Source of the DNA: Candidatus Gottesmanbacteria bacterium
Lineage (GTDB): Bacteria > Patescibacteriota > Microgenomatia > UBA10105 > UBA927
Reading direction: 5' to 3'
Length of the DNA stretch: 64,000 nt
NCBI GenBank assembly: GCA_963714095.1
Contig: OY970230.1
Span: 1,023,907-1,087,906 of the forward strand
Below the pieces are notes generated by a model. That model saw nothing but the letters and a program-made list of their open reading frames with translations. It did no database searches and was not told the DNA's origin. The position numbers and the translations under genes are program-made. Positions within the stretch are counted from its first letter, which is position 1; the number at the start of each line of letters is the position of its first letter. This document shows, one piece after another, positions 40,793 to 50,030 of the stretch.

Positions 40793-41848
40793 TTAAAACT
40801 GCTCCAAAAAGCGCACATCATTGCTGTATAGTAATCGGATATCATCAAGGCGTGTTCCGGCTTTCATCATAAAACAGCGCTCCACTCCCCACCCGAAGGC
40901 AAAGCCGTTATACACATTCGTGTCAACGCCGCCGTTTTTCAAAACGTTTGGATGTACCATACCGGCGCCGCCCAGCTCCAGCCAGCCTTCCTTACATAAC
41001 TTGCACCCTTTCCCAAGACAAACTCCGCAGGTGACATCAACCTCAAATGACGGTTCGGTAAACTGAAAGTGAAACGGCCGGATACGGGTTTTCCGTTCGG
41101 GCCCAAAAAATTGTTTTGCAAAATAATCCAGCACGCCTTTGAGGTGATCGATCGAAACATTGCGGTCAATATAGAGTCCCTCAAACTGGTGGAACATCGG
41201 GGTGTGTGATACGTCGATTTGCCGTCGGTAGCATTTGGCAATGTTGATCATACGGATCGGGAATTTTCCTTTTTCCATTTCGCGCACCTGGCCGTTTGAG
41301 GTGTGCGGGGTGAGAACCATCCGCTGTTTATGAGGGTCGCTGCCGGGTTTGCCCGGATAGTCGATGAAAAACGTTTCCCATTCATCGCGCGCAGGGTGAC
41401 TCTCCGGCATGTTCAGTGCGCCGAATGCATACCAGTCCCAGTCAACTTCGGGGTGCCGGACGCGCGTAAAACCGATGCGTTCAAAAATCCGCGTAATCTC
41501 ATCAATCGCCTGGGTCACGATATGGAGGTGGCCTGCGGGAGGCTCGACTCCGGGCATGGTTGGGTCAAATGAAAGGGTGGTTTTGGGGCTCTGTGACGTA
41601 CCACGGGCGGCCAGCGCCTGAAGGATAGTCTGTTTGACCTGATTGACCACGGTGCCTGCCTGAGCGCGGTCCACAGCCGGCACGAGCCTAATCTGCTTGG
41701 TCAGTTTGCCAAGCTCGCTTTTGCTGCCCAAAAGCTCGAGGCGCAGCTGCTCCACCGGTTTTTCCCCGTCGGCAATGGCGTCGAGGGCGTCCTGCTGGCA
41801 CTCCAACAACATCCCGATAAAATTTGGTGTTGCAATGGGTTCATTCAT
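40793..41848 (-). CDS. pheS: Phenylalanine--tRNA ligase alpha subunit
   Basis: HPARD, HTPMFHQFEG, FQFTEPS, GFAFGWGVER. Confidence 0.98.
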   Translation of the reverse strand: MNEPIATPNFIGMLLECQQDALDAIADGEKPVEQLRLELLGSKSELGKLTKQIRLVPAVDRAQAGTVVNQVKQTILQALAARGTSQSPKTTLSFDPTMPGVEPPAGHLHIVTQAIDEITRIFERIGFTRVRHPEVDWDWYAFGALNMPESHPARDEWETFFIDYPGKPGSDPHKQRMVLTPHTSNGQVREMEKGKFPIRMINIAKCYRRQIDVSHTPMFHQFEGLYIDRNVSIDHLKGVLDYFAKQFFGPERKTRIRPFHFQFTEPSFEVDVTCGVCLGKGCKLCKEGWLELGGAGMVHPNVLKNGGVDTNVYNGFAFGWGVERCFMMKAGTRLDDIRLLYSNDVRFLEQF

Positions 41849-41871
41849 ATAACTTCGTATCTATTGTACAA

Positions 41872-41922
41872 CAAAAACCCCCTTCCGGGGGTCATTTTTT
41901 GTCTCACAAAAAAATACCCCGG
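41872..41922 (-). terminator. Phe attenuator terminator/antiterminator
   Basis: Terminator ACCCCC-GGAA-GGGGGT-TTTT; alternative helix CCGGGG-TATTTTTTTGT/ACAAAAAATG-ACCCCCGG. Confidence 0.85.
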
Positions 41923-41967
41923 TTAGGAGGTGGCAAAAAATCCAAAAAATAAAACACTATGTTTCAT
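41923..41967 (-). CDS. pheM: Phe-rich pheST leader peptide
   Basis: MKHSVLFFGFFATS*, four TTT codons, between rplT and pheS, followed by attenuator. Confidence 0.85.
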   Translation of the reverse strand: MKHSVLFFGFFATS

Positions 41968-41969
41968 AT

Positions 41970-42320
41970 TTAATTTACCGTCTTAACTTTGTCAACAATT
42001 TCTTCGAAGATCTCCGGATCCTGGGTGACCAGGTTTGCCAGAATTTTCCGGTCAATATCTATATTTGCGGCTTTGAGCTTGCTCATAAAAACGCTGTAGG
42101 ACAGGCCGTTCTGCTTGGAAGCTTCCGAGATACGGGTAATCCACAGCTGCCGGAAATCGCGTTTGCGGTTTTTGCGTCCTGAGTGGGCATATTCTCCGGC
42201 ATGGAGGTATGCCTGTGTGGCCGTGCGGATAAGCCGGCGTTTGGTCATCCGATAGCCCTTGTTTGCGGTCAGTATTTTATGATGTTTCGCTCCTGCGTGA
42301 ACTCCCCGTTTTACTCTCAT
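41970..42320 (-). CDS. rplT: 50S ribosomal protein L20
   Basis: MRVKRG, RKRDFRQLWITRI, DRKILA. Confidence 0.97.
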   Translation of the reverse strand: MRVKRGVHAGAKHHKILTANKGYRMTKRRLIRTATQAYLHAGEYAHSGRKNRKRDFRQLWITRISEASKQNGLSYSVFMSKLKAANIDIDRKILANLVTQDPEIFEEIVDKVKTVN

Positions 42321-42332
42321 AGAATCTCCTTT

Positions 42333-42530
42333 TTATGTATTTAAAAACCGTTTGACCATCCGTGAATACCGGACTGTTGTAATCTCCTGCGGCGCATCTT
42401 GCCGCCTTTGATGGGATTTGGTCTTGACGCTCCTCAGATGCCTGGCCCCCTGCATCCGGTGCATGACCTTGCCCGTTTTGGTTATCTTAAACCGTTTCCG
42501 TACAATTTTTTTTGTTTTCATTTTCGGCAT
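42333..42530 (-). CDS. rpmI: 50S ribosomal protein L35
   Basis: MPKMKTKK...KRFKITKTGK. Confidence 0.95.
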   Translation of the reverse strand: MPKMKTKKIVRKRFKITKTGKVMHRMQGARHLRSVKTKSHQRRQDAPQEITTVRYSRMVKRFLNT

Positions 42531-42536
42531 AATTAC

Positions 42537-43067
42537 CTATTCTTTCTCTTTCTTTTTATCCGGTACGACCATAGCGCCCAATACTTTTCCTTCAAGATGC
42601 GGCTCGCGCACTACGCGCACGCTCTCAAGTCCTGCAATAAACCGTTTCATTACCTCAAACCCGAATTCTTTCCGCGTTATTTCCCTCCCCCGGAAAAAAA
42701 GCGACAATTTAACCTGGTTTCCGTCTTCCAAAAATTCTTTCGCCTTCTTGAGACGGGTGTCAAAATCATGCTGTCCGATAAACGGCCGGAGGCGGATTTC
42801 CTTGACTCCTACATTTTTCTGGCTTTTCCGGTTTTCCTGCTCCTTTTTGGCTTCCTGGTACTTAAACTTTTTAAAATCAATGAGCTTTGCAACCGGCGGC
42901 TTGGCCTGCGACGCGATTTCAACAACATCAAGATCGAGCTCCTTTGCCTTCTGGAGCGCTTCCAGCTTGGTGACAATGCCGATCTGCTTGCCCTCTTCAT
43001 CCAACAGACGGACTGTAGGACTTACAATTTGGTAATTCAGCCGGTAGTGTTTAAACAGTATGCTCAA
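42537..43067 (-). CDS. infC: Translation initiation factor IF-3, non-AUG start likely (TTG 43067 or ATA 43061)
   Basis: LDVVEI, PPVAKLIDF, KEIRLRP, FRGRE; overlaps thrS end. Confidence 0.95.
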   Translation of the reverse strand: MSILFKHYRLNYQIVSPTVRLLDEEGKQIGIVTKLEALQKAKELDLDVVEIASQAKPPVAKLIDFKKFKYQEAKKEQENRKSQKNVGVKEIRLRPFIGQHDFDTRLKKAKEFLEDGNQVKLSLFFRGREITRKEFGFEVMKRFIAGLESVRVVREPHLEGKVLGAMVVPDKKKEKE

Positions 43068-44802
43068 TCTCTTTTTGTAGCAAAGATAAAAAATTCTCAA
43101 GGCTCATCGCTTTGAGATCTTCACCCTTGCGAGTCCGCACAGATATCATTGCACCTGTGACTTCTTTATCCCCTATTATACCCATGAACGGCACTTTTTG
43201 CAATGTGGCAGACCTAATTTTGGCGCCCATGGGCTCGCTTTTGTCGTCCACTTCGACCCGGATATTCCGGTTTTTCAGCGTTTCTGCCATTTTTACAGCG
43301 GACTGGACGTGCCGCTCTGCAATCGGAATCAGTGTTACCTGGACAGGCGCCAGCCACACAGGGAACGCGCCGGCGTATTTCTCGATGAGAAATGCCATCG
43401 TCCGCTCAAAAGCGCCCAAGGATGACCGGTGGATGACGATCGGCTGTTTGGCGCTGCCGTCCGGCGCCGTATACGTAAGATCAAACCGTTTCGGCATCAC
43501 AAAATCATACTGCACGGTGAACGCCGTTTCCTCATGTCCGGCAATATTTTTTATCTGCACATCGATCTTCGGTCCGTAAAAGGCGGCTTCGTTCGGTGCT
43601 TCATAAAAAGGCGCCTCAGTTTCTTCTAATACCTCGCGGAGTATCTGTTCCGCATGATCCCACGCTTTGTCGTCTTTGTAATATTTTTTATTGTCTTTCC
43701 TGCTGCCGAGGGACAAACGGAACCGGTACTCATCACCTTTCACCATGCCGAACTTGTGATTGACGAAGTCAATAAGGTCGAGGACCGCTTTGATTTCGGC
43801 TTTTGCGTTTTCCGGCTGCGTGATAATGTGGGCGTCGGCCAGCGTAAACATTCGGACGCGCATGAGCCCCGACAGTTCCCCGCTTTTTTCGTAGCGGAAT
43901 TGGTCGGCCAGCTCCGCAAATCGGACCGGAAGCTCGCGCCAACTGCGCGGAACCGATTTATACAGCATAAAATGATGGGGGCATGTCATCGGCCGCAGAA
44001 TAAGTTCATCCTCATCTACTTTCATCGGCGGATACATGGTTTCCTTATAGTATGGGTAGTGGCCGCTTGTCCGATATAAATCTACCTTTGCAAGAGGCGG
44101 CGTGACGACATGCTGGTACCCCCGCTTGAGTTCCTCATCAACGATAAAACGCTCTAAAATTCTCCGCATGGTGGCGCCTTTGGGTGTGAGCATCGGGAGT
44201 CCCGCCCCGATAAGATCCGAAAATGCAAATAATCCCAACTCCTTGCCGATTTTCCGGTGATCGCGTTTTTTGGCTTCTTCCTGCCGCGTCAGATAATCAT
44301 CAAGCTCCGCGCGCGACGGAAAACATGTGCCGTAAATGCGTGTTAACATTTTATTTTTTTCCGAACCCCGCCAATACGCGCCGGCGACGGAGAGCAAATC
44401 AAAAAATTTCAGTTCGCGGTCCGGGTGCTGGCAGTGGCCGCCGCGGCATAAATCCACGTAATTGCCCGATTGAAAGAGCGTTAATGTTTGTCCTTCTTTG
44501 GAAAACTCGTCGATCAGTTCCTTTTTATATTCGTTATCTTTAAAAAATTTGAGCGCCTCCGCTTTCGTGACCTCTTTCCGCTCAAACCCTTTCCACGTGT
44601 GGACCAGTTCTAGCATTTTCGCCTCGATTTTGGGAAAATCCGCTTCGGATACCTTTACGTCTCCGAAATCGAAGTCATAATAAAACCCGTTTTCAATCGA
44701 CGGACCTATTGTCCGCTTCGTTTTGGGCCACAGTTCCATGACCGCCGCTGCCAGTAAATGCGCGCATGAGTGGCGAAGATGTTCAAGTTGTTCCTGTTCC
44801 AT
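43051..44802 (-). CDS. thrS: Threonine--tRNA ligase
   Basis: RHSCAHL, DLCRGGH, RDHRKIG, PMTCPHH, FYGPKID; AGGAGG RBS before ATG 44802. Confidence 0.98.
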   Translation of the reverse strand: MEQEQLEHLRHSCAHLLAAAVMELWPKTKRTIGPSIENGFYYDFDFGDVKVSEADFPKIEAKMLELVHTWKGFERKEVTKAEALKFFKDNEYKKELIDEFSKEGQTLTLFQSGNYVDLCRGGHCQHPDRELKFFDLLSVAGAYWRGSEKNKMLTRIYGTCFPSRAELDDYLTRQEEAKKRDHRKIGKELGLFAFSDLIGAGLPMLTPKGATMRRILERFIVDEELKRGYQHVVTPPLAKVDLYRTSGHYPYYKETMYPPMKVDEDELILRPMTCPHHFMLYKSVPRSWRELPVRFAELADQFRYEKSGELSGLMRVRMFTLADAHIITQPENAKAEIKAVLDLIDFVNHKFGMVKGDEYRFRLSLGSRKDNKKYYKDDKAWDHAEQILREVLEETEAPFYEAPNEAAFYGPKIDVQIKNIAGHEETAFTVQYDFVMPKRFDLTYTAPDGSAKQPIVIHRSSLGAFERTMAFLIEKYAGAFPVWLAPVQVTLIPIAERHVQSAVKMAETLKNRNIRVEVDDKSEPMGAKIRSATLQKVPFMGIIGDKEVTGAMISVRTRKGEDLKAMSLENFLSLLQKEIEHTV

Positions 44803-44812
44803 AGTTCCTCCT

Positions 44813-44950
44813 ACAAAAAAAGTCACCCGTTCTTGTTGGAGCTCCTTTCGGGGCGGTTCCATCCAACTTTGGTGACTCAATTCGCATCTTTACGCGGATG
44901 CAGCGCTTCTCTTTGAGAGTGGTTGGGTCTCATGCAAACGAGAAGTTTTT
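44813..44950 (-). promoter_or_regulatory. Thr-specific minimal T-box riboswitch
   Basis: Specifier ACC in apical loop GAGA-CCCAACCAC-TCTC; antiterminator TTGGA-TGGAACC-GCCCC-GAAA-GGAGC-TCCAA; U-tract before RBS. Confidence 0.85.
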
Positions 44951-44977
44951 AATTTGATCCGTCGATCATACTATAAA

Positions 44978-45005
44978 AGTATACCCGATTATAGCACTAT
45001 GTCAA
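44978..45005 (-). promoter_or_regulatory. Sigma70 promoter of the thrS leader
   Basis: TTGACA-16 nt-TATACT. Confidence 0.75.
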
Positions 45006-45017
45006 GCAAGCGAGTTT

Positions 45018-45863
45018 TTACATTTTCCACCACGGTGGCACCTGGGATTCGCTACCGGGTAGCGGTTTAAAAGCCGCACGTATTAATGCCCACCCCGTTT
45101 TACACACTATAGCTGCACCCACAAGAGTCCCAATCACTTTAAAACTCGCAATGAGTTCGTCTTCAAAAGTTTTAAGATCTTTCTTATCTTTTGCAAGCTT
45201 CCACTTCATATAATCGACATATGAATGAAAACCGGTAAATTGTGGATTGTCAGACTCTGACAAAGACTGCGGTACAGCTGTAGCAGTGGGAATTGTGACT
45301 TGTGTTGTGACCTGTGTTGCTTCAGCGCTGGATGTTCCACTGTTTTGAGCTATGAAATCCCTCACTACCTGAACAGCATCTTTTTTTGAACCATCAGATG
45401 TGATCACCTGGCCGTTTGCATCGATATCGGGCCGTGTGCTTACTCCATTTGCATCAGTTATAAGATAAGGGCCCTGAGTTCCATGCCCTACCCAACAATC
45501 CTTAGGCGGGTAAGCTCCCTTGTTCAAATCATCAAATGGCCCACACAAATCATCTATTGTTATTTCTGCACCGGTCGCGTTGTCATATTTTCCACCGGTC
45601 ACTGAATGAGTAATTCCTATTCCGTTAACTGCGGTTCTGTATCCCGGATATCTCTTGTTAATACCCCCATTCATAAACAGTGAGGCTGATAAGCCCATTG
45701 GATGAACGTCAATAGGCACAGGAGTGTAATGTGTTGGATTTGAGGTGCTTTTTAGCCACGCAGCTATGCCCACATCGACAGGTTGAGCTAGGGGGCTAAG
45801 GTGGTCCCCAGGGTCCACAGCTGAGAGTATTCGAGGCTGAATTTCTACAAGCATGGTTTGCAT
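45018..45863 (-). CDS. Hypothetical surface protein with Thr-rich linker and C-terminal TM, possibly 5'-truncated by the IS
   Basis: TQVTTQVT linker, C-terminal hydrophobic helix; abuts IS remnant. Confidence 0.65.
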   Translation of the reverse strand: MQTMLVEIQPRILSAVDPGDHLSPLAQPVDVGIAAWLKSTSNPTHYTPVPIDVHPMGLSASLFMNGGINKRYPGYRTAVNGIGITHSVTGGKYDNATGAEITIDDLCGPFDDLNKGAYPPKDCWVGHGTQGPYLITDANGVSTRPDIDANGQVITSDGSKKDAVQVVRDFIAQNSGTSSAEATQVTTQVTIPTATAVPQSLSESDNPQFTGFHSYVDYMKWKLAKDKKDLKTFEDELIASFKVIGTLVGAAIVCKTGWALIRAAFKPLPGSESQVPPWWKM

Positions 45864-45864
45864 A

Positions 45865-46424
45865 TTATAAGATATATTGGCAGGATGTCATCTGACGACC
45901 GTATCCATCTCCAGATGCCCAAAGTCCACGGGTTTGGGGGCGTGTTTCACCCGCACCCGCTTCCGTTGCTTCTTTTCCATCCATTTTGAGGCGGGATTGT
46001 GGTACACATGCCTCCCTTTGAAGAAAAACAAATTGTTCCGTTTGATCACCTTGCCAATGGTCGATGTTGCAATCAAAGGAAGATCGAGCCTCCGACATTC
46101 TGCGTCCACAAACGGCTTGAGCTTCTCTTTACTCCTGCGGGGATATTGTTCCCGTTGAGAACGAATGAATGTAACAATGCGGGGATCCACCCGCATGGTT
46201 CGGAGGGTCTTTGGTGTGGTGGACGTTGGGGTGAGAACGACCAAATGATCGTGTCCACGATCTAACCGTTTTCTCCACACCCAGATAGTCTTACGGGACA
46301 CACCAAAGGCTTCCATCGTTGCGTGTTCTCCGAACCGCTCGTAAAAAGAGAGGATTTTCATCCGCTCCTTGGCTACCTCCTCAGTATCAAATTTATTTAT
46401 TGTTTAGTACGATACATTACAGAT
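45865..46424 (-). mobile_element. IS481/IS3-like transposase remnant
   Basis: HTH GVSRKTIWVWRKR, SKEKL, STIGKVIKR; ends just after the first DDE Asp (HLEMDTV*); TGTAATG putative left end. Confidence 0.75.
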
Positions 46425-46927
46425 CCGGAAGACAAGATACGGAAAACGTAGATGTGATTGACGCGGTCCTGTCGGATGATTTTCCAGCCGGGGAAGATAA
46501 AACTGTTGGAGACGATAATCGTGCCGGGTTTCAATTCCTTCTTTAACATATCCGCTAGACGTTTCATTTTCCAGGGCAAAAGATACACAAAAACCGCGTC
46601 AGCATCGTGGATGTCTGCCTGCCAGAAGTTTTTCCAGTGCGTTTCTGTCCCGCGCACTTTTGAAAAAAGAACCAGCAGCGGATTGATTTCAAACCCCACT
46701 GCATTTGCGCCCTTTTTGGCGGCTAAAAGAAGGAGTTTGCCGTTACCCGACCCTAAGTCGTACACTTTATCGCCTTTGGTGATATGTGCCAGCCGGATCA
46801 TCGCGTCGGCGGAAGTATTTTTCGTCGGCACGAAGGGCGCGCCGGTGAAAAACGCCAGGCACATATAGAAAAAGAAAATGACAAACCCAAGCTGCAGAAG
46901 GAGAAATAACAACGAAAGGGCGATCAT
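46397..46927 (-). CDS. Membrane-anchored class I SAM methyltransferase
   Basis: GAPFVPT, VYDLGSGNG, GFEINP, VFVYL, IVSNSF. Confidence 0.88.
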   Translation of the reverse strand: MIALSLLFLLLQLGFVIFFFYMCLAFFTGAPFVPTKNTSADAMIRLAHITKGDKVYDLGSGNGKLLLLAAKKGANAVGFEINPLLVLFSKVRGTETHWKNFWQADIHDADAVFVYLLPWKMKRLADMLKKELKPGTIIVSNSFIFPGWKIIRQDRVNHIYVFRILSSGSVMYRTKQ

Positions 46928-46934
46928 GCAGTCA

Positions 46935-47775
46935 TTATAACAGGAATGTCTGAACAGCCCGAAGCCTTGCCTGCCAGTTAAGGTTGTTGGAAAGTACGAA
47001 TGTAAAGAGTTTTTTATCGCGTGAAGCGCGGTAGAGAACATATTGAGGAACCAGCAGCAGAAGGATCAGAAGTGCCAGAAGTATGTTGGCATTATCCGCG
47101 GCGGCACGCGTGGTTGTCCCCAACACCTGAACCTTTGTCGGTATTGATCCTGAGACCACCATTGGGCCTGATCCGGTATCCGATGATGCGCCAAGTACAG
47201 ATCCTGATACGATAAACGCGCTGTCCGAGAAGCTGCTTATACTGTCATTACTGGGCCCTACATTCCCCGATACCATTGCCCGTGCGGTATACACTCCGCC
47301 CGGTGTCATTTTGGACAGCACAAATCCGGTGGTTACATTGTATCCGTGCCCGGGGTCTATAGTGCCCAGCGGAAATGTTTGCCCGCCGACATCTTTGCCG
47401 TCTTTTAACAAATGAAGGTACAGGCTTGCGTTATAGACGTGTCCCGTACCCGGATTTTTAATATTGACAAAAAATGTTACCGTGTCTCCGGGATTTACAA
47501 AAGCCCCGACGTTGTTGCTGTTGGTGACAGAAAGTTGCCCGCCGGAGTCCTGGGCACCTGCGTTTGTACTCACCATCGATGCCTGCGCGATCTCCGGGTC
47601 TGCGGGCGGATCACTGCTAGCCGCGGCAAGTGAGGCAGCGTCCCCGACGTTGCCGTTCCAGGTACCGAATATATTAATAAATCCGAAAAATGCCGTCGTG
47701 CGGTACAGGACGGTATTGACGAGATTGGTAAGCGATACGGCGCTTACCGCATTTCCGGTTGTAATCGTACCGCCC
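46935..47775 (-). pseudogene. 3' part of a surface protein (ITTGNA repeat, CARDB-like domain, VLG motif, C-terminal TM); 5' end missing
   Basis: No signal peptide; frame runs into antisense sipW sequence. Confidence 0.6.
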
Positions 47776-48620
47776 TGAAAACCAGCTCCGTTATTCTGGT
47801 TGAACGGGTATCGGCAAGTCACATTGTGAAAGGCGATATTATTAGTTTTGAAACCAAAAGCAGTGCTTCCGTGACTCACCGGGTCTATGAAATTCAAAAT
47901 AATAACAACACGTTAACTTTTATTACAAAAGGTGATGCTAATAACATCCCGGATATTGATCCGGTCTCTGTAGAGCAGATCAAAGGTAAAGTAATTTTTA
48001 TTATTCCCTATATCGGATATCTTTATCTTTGGATTAAACAACCTATCGGATTTTTACTTCTCATAATTACTCCGGCGCTGTATATCATCGTGAGTGAAAT
48101 TATCGTTGCAAAGAAACTTATCGAACGGGAGGCGATAAAAAAATACAATAAACAACATCCGGTTACACCGCACCTCATTATCATAGGTTTGTTGTCAATC
48201 GCCTTGAGTTTTCTCAGTGCCAAAAAAACTATTTCATATTTTTCATCCGGTCTTGTCTTGTCGGGCAACATTTTCTCGACAGGCAAGTGGTCTACCGATG
48301 ATCCTCCTGCTGCTGATGATCCGACCGCCATACTTACAATTTCCTCCGACGGGCATACGGCAACATTTACGGTCACAAATACGTCGTCATTTGACCAAAT
48401 TTCCTACACGTTGACATACGATACCGATACCAAAACGCAGGGTCTCATGGGAACCATAGCAATAAACGGCAACAATATCATAACCAAAGACGGACTGACG
48501 CTCGGAACGTGTTCAACAGGTGGTACGTGTACGTATGACACCGGTGTTAATAACGTTACGCTTAGTGTAGCCCTCACCAATAGTAAAGGTGAGACAAAAA
48601 ATTTAACTGCACATCCATGA
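47769..48620 (+). pseudogene. 5'-truncated SipW-type signal peptidase fused to a SipW-substrate-like domain
   Basis: ALKTSSVILVER..KGDIISF, THRV, TKGDANN..D, IPYIGY, later TISYFS; catalytic SGSM motif absent. Confidence 0.7.
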
Positions 48621-49225
48621 AAAGAACACACAAAATGATACTGATGCTCTTCATAATATTCCCGTTCATGTCGGCAGGGTACGTCTATGCATCCGACTAC
48701 GACCGATTGGTTACCTGTTCTACAAAAACCTGTACGATTTCTTCAAACGATCCTTTATTTACGGAATTCAATTGGTCGCAGGGAGCAAGCGTTACAAAAA
48801 CAATCCGCGTAAAAAATATGCAAGCGACATCACTCCTTATTTATATCAGCGCCGACAAAAATAATTCCTCTTCAAATTTAGGAGATGTCATCGGAATGAA
48901 AATCATTGAGCAAAAAAATAGCATTGTGCGGCTGGATACAACGCTAACGCATTTTTTCAACACAGGATCAGTTGAACTAGGGGGTATAAATGGAAACGGG
49001 CAGGATGATTATAAATTTATCGCCGCGTTAGAAAATAATGCCGGTAATACATACCAAAATAAAAAAGTTGTATTTTCTCTTGCACTTAACTTTAGCGGTA
49101 TTCCCGTCAATACACCGATGCCTACGCCGACACCGACGCCCAAACCACCTCCACCCCTTCGACCGAACTTTAACTTTTGGTGGCTTCAGTATCTTCTGGA
49201 AAGACTTCGGGGACTCCGAAGATAA
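48617..49225 (+). CDS. TasA/CalY-like secreted protein with PT tail
   Basis: Signal peptide, LFTEFNWSQG, IRVKN, AGNTYQ; follows sipW. Confidence 0.65.
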   Translation: MKRTHKMILMLFIIFPFMSAGYVYASDYDRLVTCSTKTCTISSNDPLFTEFNWSQGASVTKTIRVKNMQATSLLIYISADKNNSSSNLGDVIGMKIIEQKNSIVRLDTTLTHFFNTGSVELGGINGNGQDDYKFIAALENNAGNTYQNKKVVFSLALNFSGIPVNTPMPTPTPTPKPPPPLRPNFNFWWLQYLLERLRGLRR

Positions 49226-49244
49226 TTTTAAAATTTGCTGTGGG

Positions 49245-49317
49245 TGCGCGCGCATGGATTCGGACCAAGGACCTTTGCAATGTGAATGCAACGCTCTACC
49301 AGCTGAGCTACGCGCGC
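49245..49317 (-). tRNA. tRNA-Val(CAC)
   Basis: GCGCGCG acceptor, TTGCA-TTCACAT-TGCAA, T-loop TCCGAAT. Confidence 0.9.
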
Positions 49318-49371
49318 CAAAAAGACGCACTACGATTATATCCTAAGAAACAGGGAAAACAAAACGAAAGA

Positions 49372-49980
49372 TTATCCCGCCGATGTTGCCAGCGAGCGCT
49401 CGTTGGAGAGACCGAAGGTCGTGCCGTGTTTTTTGAACATGCCCCAGTACCCCATTTTCTTTTTCCTCGACTGGTGCATGGTAAGCCAACTGCGGCTGTC
49501 GTCGATTTGTTCGCGAAGCATTTTAAGAACGGCGAGCAATTTCTCATAGAAATTGACATGATACACGCCGGGGTCAACGGGAGTTTCTATAACAGCCTTT
49601 TTTATTTCACTGTTTAACGCCTGCATGGATTTGGACAGGGCTTTCAGTTCCATGCGCAGCGCTTCGATTTGCTGCTTCGTCTGCGGGTCTTCATGAAAAA
49701 CAACTTTTTCCGCCGGTCTCACCTCGGGGCGATGCATCATCGGTCGCGGTTGGCGTTCCACCGGAAAACTGATGCTTTCGTTCGGACGCATTTCCCCTTG
49801 TTTTATCGGCGTGCCAAAAAGTGAGGCGAGGGCATCCGATGCAACCTTGCCCGCGACATCGTGCGCGACTGTTCTCCCCACGCCTCCGCTCAAGTCCCGG
49901 ATGGCCTCCAGAATGCTGTCATTCGTGTAGGCTGCGGGCCTCTTTTGGGGTTTGGACTGTGTGAACGCTGAATTGTTCAT
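49372..49980 (-). CDS. DUF5660-like CPR conserved protein
   Basis: PGVYHVNFYEKL, SWL, YWGMFKKHGTTFGLSNER. Confidence 0.75.
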   Translation of the reverse strand: MNNSAFTQSKPQKRPAAYTNDSILEAIRDLSGGVGRTVAHDVAGKVASDALASLFGTPIKQGEMRPNESISFPVERQPRPMMHRPEVRPAEKVVFHEDPQTKQQIEALRMELKALSKSMQALNSEIKKAVIETPVDPGVYHVNFYEKLLAVLKMLREQIDDSRSWLTMHQSRKKKMGYWGMFKKHGTTFGLSNERSLATSAG

Positions 49981-50030
49981 GGATGGATTATACTACAGGA
50001 TAGCAAGTAGTACAATATATGTCCGTAGTA

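Noticed and set aside
42399-43115. 238-aa and 205-aa plus-strand ORFs
   Set aside because: Antisense to infC/rpmI
44803-44880. thrS N-terminal extension
   Set aside because: Region is the T-box antiterminator/terminator; AGGAGG RBS supports ATG 44802
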